Shown: positions 26,918 to 35,073 of the stretch, piece after piece
How positions within the stretch are numbered: the stretch's first letter is position 1
Layout of the letters: every line of letters starts with the position of its first letter
IMG/VR virus record: IMGVR_UViG_3300020044_000979
Span: 1-35,073 of that record
DNA: 35,073 bases
Source: a virus
Lineage: Duplodnaviria > Caudoviricetes
Direction: 5' to 3' (one strand)
Program-made: the position numbers and the translations under genes
The notes under the pieces: model-generated
What the model was told of the DNA's origin: nothing
Database searches by the model: none
Seen by the model: only the letters and a program-made list of their open reading frames with translations

Positions 26918-26926
26918 GCGCCTTTA

Positions 26927-27451
26927 TCAGACGTTATTGCTCCAGCCGTAGCTGTTGCCACCGATGGGGTGGATAGTGAAGTTGAATTTGCCTTCAGCAG
27001 AAGGAGACATGTCCCAAGACATACCGCCAACCATGCCGTTGAAAGCGTAGGCAACAGTGTCAGTGCCGTCATAAACAGCAACAACATAAGTGCGGACCAC
27101 AGTGCCGTTGTAACCGTCATCACGGATCAACAACATAGCTGGATCAGCAGGATTCCAAGCAGAAGTGATGCTCAAAGAGGTCACTTGGTTTTGGGTGGTG
27201 ATCTTTGCGCCAGTACGAGCACCAGCAACAGAGAAAGCAGCCACAGCATCGTCAGCACCGAAAGCAGGGATTGCTTCAACGGGGACTTGCATGCCATCAG
27301 TGCCTGTACCGCCAGCGGTAGTGCCAATGATGTCAGCAATTTGACCAGTCCAAGTTGCCAACTGAGCGTCAGTCAATGGAGTGGGAGCAGCGCCAGTTTG
27401 ACACCACAGGGTAGCCGTATAACCGGGCAAGACTTTGTTAATGAGAGCCAT
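26927..27451 (-). CDS. major tail (tube) protein
   Basis: 174 aa with strong codon bias; follows the tail terminator; IPAFG..WNPAD..YAFNGMV. Confidence 0.8.
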   Translation of the reverse strand: MALINKVLPGYTATLWCQTGAAPTPLTDAQLATWTGQIADIIGTTAGGTGTDGMQVPVEAIPAFGADDAVAAFSVAGARTGAKITTQNQVTSLSITSAWNPADPAMLLIRDDGYNGTVVRTYVVAVYDGTDTVAYAFNGMVGGMSWDMSPSAEGKFNFTIHPIGGNSYGWSNNV

Positions 27452-27483
27452 TTTGAGTTTCCTTCAAAAAGATAGTTGAACAA

Positions 27484-27496
27484 GTTGTCTTGTATT
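27484..27496 (-). promoter_or_regulatory. late-gene motif AATACAAGACAAC, copy 2
   Basis: About 33 nt upstream of the major tail ATG. Confidence 0.55.
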
Positions 27497-27914
27497 ACGC
27501 CGGAATATCAATGGTGCAATCCAAGAAGATTTGCGCCATATTTTCCTCGTTGTTGTAACTATTGTAAAGCCACATCACATCAGCCTTCGCAATGAAAAAG
27601 CCTTCGGATGGACTTCCCAATTGTCCACTGTATCCATGCAAAGCCTGAAGGATTTGATTGGAGATGGTGAACCCGTCTTCAATTTGCTGTGTAAAGATCG
27701 AAATCTGAAACACAGGACGGTCAATGCCTTTGTTGCTTTGCGTCTGGCCTGTATATACAGGCTGGTGGACGTTACGCAGCATCCAAGTAATGAATTTGGG
27801 CTGCGTAGCAAAGTTACGGTTGAAAGCCGCATACACAGGCACAGGATTGACAATCTGACTCAGTTGGTACTGAATCGCCTTGCCGTACTGGATGACGTTG
27901 TTCTGTGTTGCCAT
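27495..27914 (-). CDS. tail terminator protein
   Basis: PVPVY..PKFITW..FQISIF..ILQALHGY; position. Confidence 0.75.
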   Translation of the reverse strand: MATQNNVIQYGKAIQYQLSQIVNPVPVYAAFNRNFATQPKFITWMLRNVHQPVYTGQTQSNKGIDRPVFQISIFTQQIEDGFTISNQILQALHGYSGQLGSPSEGFFIAKADVMWLYNSYNNEENMAQIFLDCTIDIPA

Positions 27915-28259
27915 TTACACCGCCGTAACAGGGTCAGAGCGATAGCACATCATCTTGACAGTCATCCGGTCATTCGACTCACGAACATCGGTGATGCGCC
28001 AATCATTGCCACGCCAGTTGATGGAGTACGACTGCTGATTGTCAACAATCATCTTGGTGTTTGGAGTGTAGTTGAATGTGAAATTCACCAAGTCTTGATA
28101 CAGGCGGTACTTGTCTGCAATCTTGACGTTGTTTGCCACATCTTCCACACGCGCACGGGTCTTGAACCACTCTGTCTGAGTGGTTGATTGCTCACCAAAA
28201 TCCGACTTGCCGAAAGCCAGATTTTTGATGGTCACATCTTCAAAACGTGCGATTGCCAT
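27915..28259 (-). CDS. head closure / head-tail joining protein
   Basis: KSDFGEQ..WFKTRARV..INWRGNDWRITDV; position. Confidence 0.8.
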   Translation of the reverse strand: MAIARFEDVTIKNLAFGKSDFGEQSTTQTEWFKTRARVEDVANNVKIADKYRLYQDLVNFTFNYTPNTKMIVDNQQSYSINWRGNDWRITDVRESNDRMTVKMMCYRSDPVTAV

Positions 28260-28931
28260 TTACATCACCAATGGTTTGTATGGACGAAGCAAGACCTGAG
28301 CGCCATAAGGAATGGTTTTCAGCTTTGTCTCGGTTGCGTCCGAACGATTGTTGTACAGGTGCGTCAAGATCAAAAGGCCAGCTTGCTTGATGACAGGGTA
28401 TGTCGCCAAGATGTTCGCCACAGTCGTGTATTCCACAACAATGGGAGCTGTCATCTGAGTGTTAATCTCAGTAGGCAGGCTGCTGATGATTACCTTGTTG
28501 CCGCTGTTGTCGTAGAAATACTGCGATGAGCTAACAGTGGTAAACACAGGAGGAAAGCTGTCGTTGTAGTAACCCACAACACCAATCGTCAGAGGAGCAT
28601 TGAGCTGGTTCTGATTCTGGCTTACTTCTGGCAAGTCAAGGCTCACAGGAGTGGCCGTCAGGCTTTCCGCGCCATACCAAACACGGTATGTCACTGGGAA
28701 GATGGACATGCCAAGGAAATCCTCGATATACATCCGAGTTGCCAAGTCCAAAGACAAGACGTATGCGTCCTGACTCTGATCGTCAAACAAGTTCAGATGG
28801 TTCGTGATTTCATCGGCAGTCAGCCAATTGGTGGTGACATCTCGGCCAATCTGCTCAACCTTTACATAGTTGAACGGATTGCGAGATTGCCCACCAAAGG
28901 GCATACCCGTCAAAACGCTGTCCGAGGCCAT
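28260..28931 (-). CDS. head-tail connector (HK97 gp6-like)
   Basis: LTADEITNHL..IKQAGLLILTHLYNNR..IPYGAQVLLRPYK. Confidence 0.85.
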   Translation of the reverse strand: MASDSVLTGMPFGGQSRNPFNYVKVEQIGRDVTTNWLTADEITNHLNLFDDQSQDAYVLSLDLATRMYIEDFLGMSIFPVTYRVWYGAESLTATPVSLDLPEVSQNQNQLNAPLTIGVVGYYNDSFPPVFTTVSSSQYFYDNSGNKVIISSLPTEINTQMTAPIVVEYTTVANILATYPVIKQAGLLILTHLYNNRSDATETKLKTIPYGAQVLLRPYKPLVM

Positions 28932-28942
28932 AGATGCTCCTA

Positions 28943-29956
28943 TTAGGCGCTCATGCGAACGCCAGCAAACGGGTCACGCACGGTGCTAACCACACGCTTC
29001 TCAGCATACAGTGTAACGAAGCCGGGAGTGGTCTGTTCCATCATTTGAATGGACATCTCTTCAGTGTCACCAATTGTCAGGAAGCGAGGCCAGTTGCCCA
29101 AGTAGATTGGGAAGGCTGCGGACAGGTATGGGTTCGGAATCACAGGCCAACCGAACATACGACCAACAGCAGCGCCGTCTTCATCACCAATTTCCAAGAA
29201 CAATGGCAAGCCCTGAGTATCCTTCAGGCTACGCAGCGAATCAATCATGGATGGACGAATGTGCCAAGCATTGCCGGGCATTGCCCAATATTGGGAAGGG
29301 AATGTTGTGCTCATGTCAACGATGTCGTTGTATGCCACGCCACCGCTTGTTTGAGCCACTGTGGCGATTGTGTGGATACCATTGGTGATGGCAGTACCCG
29401 ATGTACCAAAAGCACTCACAGAGCCGCTGGTGTACATGTCCAAGCCGCGCAGGCCAGATGTTGCGCCAGTAGCTGTACTGGTTGAGCCAGCTTGGTCATC
29501 ATTGACCGCCATTGAAGCGCCTTCGATTTGGGCGAATTCCAAAGCAAGGTCTTCAACAATCTCAGCCTGCAAGCCATTCACATCCGACAACACAGCGTCA
29601 CGGATTGGCAATTGAGCAGTCACCACGCGCACAGGCAGTTGCCAGATGCTGGTGTTGGTTCCGGGAGTGCCCACGTTGTTCTGAACGGGGTAGCCCCAAG
29701 GGTTTGTTTGGTTTGCTGCGTTACCAGTCTTGGCAACGAATTGAGCGTCAGAGCCGTCAATCGGCATGACACGAGAGCCCATACGGAATGGGTTTGCGTA
29801 ACGCAACGCTGCGAACGCATCATCAAACACTGCACGACCACCCACGCCAGAACCGGAGCCAGTGATTGCAGAGGCTTCTTTCAGGTCGATTGTGACTGTC
29901 TTGCCTTCAGTGATGGCTTGCTTGATACCGGAGAGGATTTTTTCAGTGATGGTCAT
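28943..29956 (-). CDS. second HK97-fold capsid protein, largely lacking the delta domain
   Basis: Colinear with 30013-31359 from KEASA to RDPFAGVR; AGGA RBS. Confidence 0.9.
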   Translation of the reverse strand: MTITEKILSGIKQAITEGKTVTIDLKEASAITGSGSGVGGRAVFDDAFAALRYANPFRMGSRVMPIDGSDAQFVAKTGNAANQTNPWGYPVQNNVGTPGTNTSIWQLPVRVVTAQLPIRDAVLSDVNGLQAEIVEDLALEFAQIEGASMAVNDDQAGSTSTATGATSGLRGLDMYTSGSVSAFGTSGTAITNGIHTIATVAQTSGGVAYNDIVDMSTTFPSQYWAMPGNAWHIRPSMIDSLRSLKDTQGLPLFLEIGDEDGAAVGRMFGWPVIPNPYLSAAFPIYLGNWPRFLTIGDTEEMSIQMMEQTTPGFVTLYAEKRVVSTVRDPFAGVRMSA

Positions 29957-29980
29957 GGCAATTTCCTAAAATAATGGCGC

Positions 29981-30011
29981 AAAAAGGAGGGGCCGAAGCC
30001 CCCCCATTTTT
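29981..30011 (-). terminator. intrinsic terminator between the two capsid genes
   Basis: GC stem (29986-30005) with a C-UUCG-G tetraloop followed by UUUUU on the minus strand. Confidence 0.85.
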
Positions 30012-30012
30012 A

Positions 30013-31359
30013 TCAGGCAGCAGTGCCTGTCGAACGATAGCGAACGCCAGCGAAAGGATCGCGGATCGAAGTTGCCAGACGCTTTTCACCGAAGAAGGTG
30101 ATGTAACCGGGCAAAGTCTGATCGTAGCGGCGCATGACCATGTTCAGGCGGTCAACGATGGTGTGGAAGCGGCTCCAGTCAGCGAAGTACGCAGGGTACA
30201 AGCTGGTAGTACCGGCATCACCAACGGTGGTCTGGCTAGGAGTGTCCAGATACTTGTTGACAACCACATCAAAGCCCAACAGGCGACCAACGATACCGTT
30301 GGTTTCCAGAGGCGACATACGCTCGAACACTGGAGTGCCGTTGTCATCAACCAAGCCACGGATTTGGGCCAAGAAGATGGGGCTCACCACGAACTTGGCG
30401 CTTTCAGTCCAATACTGCTGTGGCAGTGCGTAGATGAAGTTCACCAAGTCTTTGTAGGTCACGTTGCCAGCGCCCACGGTGTTGCCGTTGGTGGTCAACT
30501 GGTCATAGGTAGCCACGCTGTGCAAGCCAGACGAGGAGCCAGTGCCAGACGAACCGAAGGCAGCAGTGGAGGTTGTACCGCCAGTGTATGTGCTGTTAGC
30601 ACCGCCGTACTGATCCAAGCCGCGCAGGCCGTCAGCGCCGCCAGTTGCGGTATCGGAGCCAGTGCCGGTTTGGTCGTTGTTGGAGATCATCGACAGAGCT
30701 TCGTTTTGAGCGAATTCCATCAGCATGTCGTCAACCACGTTGGCTTCCAAGCCATCAATGTCGTCCAAAGCCGCAGTACGGATTGGGAACTGGACGTTGA
30801 TGTCCTTCAACACCACTTGCCAGATGGAAGTGTTTTCAGTTGTAGGAGTGCCGTTGTTCTGGATGCCGTAGCCCCACTGAGCGCCAGCATTGCCAGTCTT
30901 GACACGGAACTGATAGCTGGAGCCGTCAGTAGCCACAGTGCGAGACACGCCGCGCAAGGGGTTAGCCAGACGCAGAGCAGCAAACACTGGATCGTAAGCT
31001 GTACGACCACCCTTGCCATCACCGCCAGCGGTCAAAGCAGAGGCTTCTTTCATGTACGCATCGGCTTGCGATTCGTCAGCAAAGATTTGCAGTTCTTTTT
31101 GGAAGCTGGATTTGCCAGCAACGATTGCCTTCAGTTGCTCACGAACCGACTTGTTCACATCGCCGCGAATAGTCTTCTCAGGCTTGATGACAGCAGGAGC
31201 TTGCACGGAGGCGACTTTGGCTTCCAGAGCAGCAACCATTTCGCTGAATTCGGCCTTGACGGCTTCAACAGCAGCAGGGATTTTGGCTTCAACAGCCACA
31301 ATGCTTTCGGCCTGTTTGGCTTCGATAGCATCCAATTTTTCGATGATTTCTTTGGACAT
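30013..31359 (-). CDS. major capsid protein, HK97 family
   Basis: ~104-aa helical delta domain; IRGLVDDNGTPVF, GRLLGFDVVVN, YFADW, FFGEKR motifs; follows the protease. Confidence 0.95.
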   Translation of the reverse strand: MSKEIIEKLDAIEAKQAESIVAVEAKIPAAVEAVKAEFSEMVAALEAKVASVQAPAVIKPEKTIRGDVNKSVREQLKAIVAGKSSFQKELQIFADESQADAYMKEASALTAGGDGKGGRTAYDPVFAALRLANPLRGVSRTVATDGSSYQFRVKTGNAGAQWGYGIQNNGTPTTENTSIWQVVLKDINVQFPIRTAALDDIDGLEANVVDDMLMEFAQNEALSMISNNDQTGTGSDTATGGADGLRGLDQYGGANSTYTGGTTSTAAFGSSGTGSSSGLHSVATYDQLTTNGNTVGAGNVTYKDLVNFIYALPQQYWTESAKFVVSPIFLAQIRGLVDDNGTPVFERMSPLETNGIVGRLLGFDVVVNKYLDTPSQTTVGDAGTTSLYPAYFADWSRFHTIVDRLNMVMRRYDQTLPGYITFFGEKRLATSIRDPFAGVRYRSTGTAA

Positions 31360-31361
31360 GA

Positions 31362-32162
31362 TTAACCTTTCAGTCGTTTGTCGAGGAGTTTAAGAAACTC
31401 ACGTTGCTCAAGAGCAGCGAGAATTTCAGCTTCGGTTGCCTCCGCATCAGAATCACTCTGAGTTGGCGCAGTTTCAATCGGGTCTTTCACAACATCACGC
31501 TGCTCAATCACCGACTTGAATACAGATGCGGCGGCAACCGACATCTGTTTGGACAGACCTGCATCCCGCAGGGCTTCTTCCAATACCTTGAGGTCAGCGG
31601 AGCCGTCTTCACGGAAATACTCCAGCTTCTTGACCTCGGCTTTGGGGTTGTTAGGGTACATCACCACGCTAGTTTCGCGCAGGCCACCTTTGGTGATCTG
31701 GAAGTAGCCTTCATCCCAATATTCGGCAGAACCAGCCGGGAATACAGAACCATCTTCCTTGACCCACTGGTATTCTTCAGCGTAAGCGCCAACAGAAACG
31801 CCACCAAACATGTTAGGAGACTCACACATGACTTTGTACAAGTCAGAGCCAGCAGTGGTGTTCAAGAACAATCGGCCTTTGGCGCTCATGCCTTCTTCAT
31901 CCATCTCCAACTCAGTCCATTCGCCAACAGGCATGGAATCAGCGTTGTGATTCAGGAACATAGGCAAAGGACGACCGGATTTGGCAAATTCCTTTGCCCA
32001 CTCCATGAAGCCTTCAGCCTTGTAGAAGAATTTACGACCGTCAGCGCCTTCACGAGCGCCCCAAGTAGTGACGCGAGCTTCAATCTTGCCTGTCGGTTCG
32101 CCGTTTGCGGCCTTTTCGGACAGGTTCAGTTTTGCTTCGCAGATGAGATTCAGTTGCTTCAT
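31362..32162 (-). CDS. HK97-type prohead protease
   Basis: PMFLNHN..PVGEW, GVSVG (catalytic Ser), LRETSVVMYPNNPKA. Confidence 0.92.
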   Translation of the reverse strand: MKQLNLICEAKLNLSEKAANGEPTGKIEARVTTWGAREGADGRKFFYKAEGFMEWAKEFAKSGRPLPMFLNHNADSMPVGEWTELEMDEEGMSAKGRLFLNTTAGSDLYKVMCESPNMFGGVSVGAYAEEYQWVKEDGSVFPAGSAEYWDEGYFQITKGGLRETSVVMYPNNPKAEVKKLEYFREDGSADLKVLEEALRDAGLSKQMSVAAASVFKSVIEQRDVVKDPIETAPTQSDSDAEATEAEILAALEQREFLKLLDKRLKG

Positions 32163-32295
32163 TGATTGCCCCTAAAGCAATGGATTGATTGTTGTCCTGT
32201 ATTTTAGGGGTTTGCCCTAATGGTACGGGCAAATGTATTGATGGCCTAATGACCTGTTTTGCCAATGCTACCAGATATTTTGAATCAGTACGCAT
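32080..32295 (-). CDS. possible small ORF between portal and protease
   Basis: ATG just after the portal stop, but it overlaps the protease by 83 nt and spans regulatory motifs. Confidence 0.3.
   Translation of the reverse strand: MRTDSKYLVALAKQVIRPSIHLPVPLGQTPKIQDNNQSIALGAINEATESHLRSKTEPVRKGRKRRTDRQD
32191..32219 (-). promoter_or_regulatory. operator-like palindrome abutting late motif copy 3
   Basis: Minus strand TAGGGCAAACCCCTA-AAATACAGGACAAC, 29 nt upstream of the protease ATG. Confidence 0.55.
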
Positions 32296-32301
32296 TTTTA
32301 A

Positions 32302-33705
32302 TCAAGTCTTGGAACCAATGTTGATCTTGCTCTTCTGACTTCCACCGCCACCACCAGTGTCTTGAGCAGAGCTACCGGGAATGGGCTCATCAGCCTTGGC
32401 ATCCTTCACCAATTCGTCTGCGCCTTCCTTGGATGGCATTCCCATGTACTCACGGGCTTCATTGGGAGTCATGATGCCATTCTTCACGCCAGCAGTCGCA
32501 AAGTTCATCTGGTCCAGAGGAGCGCCTTTGAGGAAGTTCTTGGTGTCGAACTCCACGCACAGGCTTGGGTAGCCTTGCAGCAGATGGCCCTTGAGCTTTT
32601 CCTGCACGTTCACAATGATTGGGTACATCGTGGACTTGTAGAACTCGTCCATCTGCGTTTGGGTGTTGTTGAACTTGCTGTCCGAGATGCCAATCATGGC
32701 AGGCGGGACACCAAACAAGCCGCAGATACGCTTCATGGTTTGCAACTTCAAAGCAGCAGCGTCAGCGTCCTGCAAGTTCAGCATTTCCAGCTTCTGGTAC
32801 TTCATGCCTTGGTCCAGCAACATGCCCTGACCGGGTTTGCTCGGGTCAGAGTTCTTGCTGCCAGTCATGTTGGCCCAAGCCTCTTTCAGGCGGGCAGCAA
32901 CTTCTTTGTACTTGCCGTCAGGGACGACTTGCTCGGTCACAAACATGCCAGAAGGCTTTGCGCCGTTCTGCATCACGAAGTTGGCATACAGGTCGATGTC
33001 TTGGTCAAGCCCAACAAGCTCAGTTGCCAAGATGCCCTTGTTGAAACCAGCAGAACCCTGCCAAGCCATCTCTTTGCAGTGCATGACTTGATGCGCGGCC
33101 AGTGGCTCATCCTTGCTGAAGCCGTAGCTTGGGGTGGACAAGCGGTATGACGGATAGCGGGTAGGCGTGATCTGAGCAGCAATCAATGTGCTGTCCAAGA
33201 TGTACATTTCCAGAGGAGTCTCAGTCGAGTTCGCCGGGTCTTTGCGCCACCACAGGGTAAATGCCTCGCCAGACAGTTCGTACCACATGAGCCACTGATA
33301 CCAGAACTCATACTTGCTCTGGAAGTTGTTGGGATTGCCGAGCAGCTTGGCAACTTGCTTGGCCTTGGCCTTGTCCCGAGTGCCAACCTTGTCAGAACGG
33401 ATGGCATCGACAGTCTGGCCGTCTTCTGTCTCGTAGCAGACCTTGATTGGCAACTGAGCAAGCGCACGGGCCTTCAAGCCAACGCAGGCCATGATGGTGC
33501 TGTTGCGACTCAGGACCGACATGTCCACGCTACGGCCAGCAGCCGTGGCGCTCGATGTGGTCACATACAGAATCTGGGTATTGACCGTAGGCTTCTTATT
33601 ATTGCCCTGATAGACAATATTGTTGCCCAGAGCAGACTGACCGAACAGTGTGTTCGCTTCATTTTGAGCTGTATTTTTGCCCTTGAAAACGTCAAGAATA
33701 CCCAT
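32302..33705 (-). CDS. portal protein, HK97 family
   Basis: IMACVGLKARALAQLP, PNNFQS, NGAKPSG, ICGLFGVPPAMIG, GIMTPNEARE. Confidence 0.96.
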   Translation of the reverse strand: MGILDVFKGKNTAQNEANTLFGQSALGNNIVYQGNNKKPTVNTQILYVTTSSATAAGRSVDMSVLSRNSTIMACVGLKARALAQLPIKVCYETEDGQTVDAIRSDKVGTRDKAKAKQVAKLLGNPNNFQSKYEFWYQWLMWYELSGEAFTLWWRKDPANSTETPLEMYILDSTLIAAQITPTRYPSYRLSTPSYGFSKDEPLAAHQVMHCKEMAWQGSAGFNKGILATELVGLDQDIDLYANFVMQNGAKPSGMFVTEQVVPDGKYKEVAARLKEAWANMTGSKNSDPSKPGQGMLLDQGMKYQKLEMLNLQDADAAALKLQTMKRICGLFGVPPAMIGISDSKFNNTQTQMDEFYKSTMYPIIVNVQEKLKGHLLQGYPSLCVEFDTKNFLKGAPLDQMNFATAGVKNGIMTPNEAREYMGMPSKEGADELVKDAKADEPIPGSSAQDTGGGGGSQKSKINIGSKT

Positions 33706-33729
33706 GATTCACTCCTATTTCCGCATACT

Positions 33730-35073
33730 TTACCACTCCAGCGATCTAAAGCCAAACGAATCGCTGACAAATACGTTATCCAAATGGCAGTGCAGGGCCA
33801 TAATCATTGCAATGATGCCGTCAACTTTGGCGCTAGGGTCGGCTTCGTTCTTGCGGACCTTCACGTTTCCGTTCACATCAATGTAAACCTCGCAGTTTCC
33901 AAGCTGCCAGCCAACAAAAGGGTTGCCATCATGCTTGATTGCCTTCTTCAAAATAAGTTGCTCAGTCGTCTTTGATGGGTTTGACAACACAGCCATGCTT
34001 TGGCCCACCTTCTTAACAGGCAAGCCCTCAGCGTACAAGTTTGCCACCAATGCTGCGGCGTTATATGGGTCAAAACCGACTTCTTTGACCTCAAACTTCT
34101 CGCATTGCTGCTTGATGAATGATTCGATCTCGTTTAAGTCGGTCACGTTGCCGGGAGTTAAGCGCAAGATGCCAGTCCTATGCGCTTCCATGTAGACAGA
34201 CCTGTAATGGTTTGGCACAAAGTCCAAAGATTCCTCTGGCAAGAAGAATTGGAACTGAGCATAGAAGTCTTCTTCGGCATATCGGTGCAACGTCACTACG
34301 GCGTTCAAATCTCGGGTGTGCGCCAAGTCAAAGCCGATGAAAGTTGACTCTGGTTTGTCAGTAGGCATCTTGTCCACAGACTCATCCCAAAACCTGCGAT
34401 CAACCCAAGCCGAGTTGGCCGATACATAGATGTTGAGCTGCTTGCACAAAAATTCGTTCAGGGAGGCAGGCTTGCTCTTGGCTTCGTCTGCCATGTGCTG
34501 GATGGCCTGAACCGTAACCGACACGCCAAGCATTGGATTGGCCTTGCCCCACACCTCTGGGTCAGACCACTCATCTCCGGGATCAACGCTGTACAACAGG
34601 CCAAACCACCGAAATGAATCTTCAGCAGCGCCACGCAGCACCTGACGGAAGTGGCTCAAATCCTCAAAGAACTTGGTTTCCTTTGTGAAGCTAGCAGTCG
34701 TCAGATACATGCGGATTGGGTTCTTCCGAGCAGCCATACCCGAGTGCAACACCTCAATAGAGCCTCGCTCAGTGATCTGAGCCGCCTCATCAATCATGGC
34801 GCAGGACGGGTTTTTGCCGTCACCCGTCTTTTTATTGTCCCGAGATAAAGCCCTGTAAGTCGAGGTCGAGTCGCCAGCCTTCTTCAGTTCGCTTCGATAC
34901 GGAATGAACTTGCTTTGCAGCTCTATGACCATGCTCTCCATGATGGCCTTGGATGAGTCAAAGCAGATTGATGCCTGTTCACGGTTTGTCGCCAGCGTGA
35001 ACACCTCTGGTCCAGCCTCGCCAAACTGAAGTTCATACAGGGCAATGATGGAGGCCAAGGTTGTCTTGCCAGA
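33730..35073 (-). CDS. terL: terminase large subunit (5' truncated)
   Basis: SGKT (end of Walker A) at the window edge, AMIDE Walker B, KANP, GFDLA, FDPYNA, KVDGIIAMIMA. Confidence 0.96.
   Translation of the reverse strand, partial: SGKTTLASIIALYELQFGEAGPEVFTLATNREQASICFDSSKAIMESMVIELQSKFIPYRSELKKAGDSTSTYRALSRDNKKTGDGKNPSCAMIDEAAQITERGSIEVLHSGMAARKNPIRMYLTTASFTKETKFFEDLSHFRQVLRGAAEDSFRWFGLLYSVDPGDEWSDPEVWGKANPMLGVSVTVQAIQHMADEAKSKPASLNEFLCKQLNIYVSANSAWVDRRFWDESVDKMPTDKPESTFIGFDLAHTRDLNAVVTLHRYAEEDFYAQFQFFLPEESLDFVPNHYRSVYMEAHRTGILRLTPGNVTDLNEIESFIKQQCEKFEVKEVGFDPYNAAALVANLYAEGLPVKKVGQSMAVLSNPSKTTEQLILKKAIKHDGNPFVGWQLGNCEVYIDVNGNVKVRKNEADPSAKVDGIIAMIMALHCHLDNVFVSDSFGFRSLEW

Noticed and set aside
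26860-27123. N-terminal extension of the HNH ORF (272 aa) suggesting a major tail-HNH frameshift fusion
   Set aside because: No slippery heptamer seen at the end of the tail gene, and ATG 26859 has its own SD; the extension is probably incidental.
28943-29956. Second capsid gene as an assembly duplication or satellite insertion
   Set aside because: It is far too diverged from copy 1 to be an assembly repeat, and there is no integrase, att site or other satellite gene around it.
28934-33975. Near-continuous long plus-strand ORFs opposite the head genes (e.g. 29974-31365, 463 aa; 31404-32165; 32362-33150)
   Set aside because: They mirror the sense genes and are explained by scarcity of TTA/CTA/TCA codons in strongly biased genes; no recognisable motifs.

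Overview
This window is most of a tailed dsDNA phage genome: a siphovirus with an HK97-type head and a lambda-like tail. A freshwater betaproteobacterial host is my inference from gene style only. The minus strand carries, right to left: terminase large subunit (truncated), portal, prohead protease, TWO tandem paralogous HK97-fold capsid genes separated by a terminator, head-tail joining genes, major tail protein, an inserted HNH gene, a tail assembly chaperone with a -1 frameshift, tape measure, tail tip genes including a GNAT protein, a collagen-like fibre coupled to a 2OG-Fe(II) oxygenase, and a GH108 lysis cassette. A plus-strand early block (7322-10869) encodes an exonuclease, SSB, a MazG-like protein and DUF3310. 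A divergent minus-strand block encodes an O-like replication initiator, HNH, a RuvC-like resolvase, NinB and a YbcO-like nuclease. The left end unexpectedly holds a T7 gp4-type primase-helicase, reached through a repeat-built modular gene, so it may be natural mosaicism or an assembly chimera. Other notable observations: a two-hairpin leader with complementary loops, a loop-E-like structured RNA after ssb, two paralogous ~35-aa MWPFPP peptides missed by the ORF track, and repeated early and late regulatory motifs. No integrase, cI-like repressor, tRNA or CRISPR array was seen. All calls were made by eye, without database searches.
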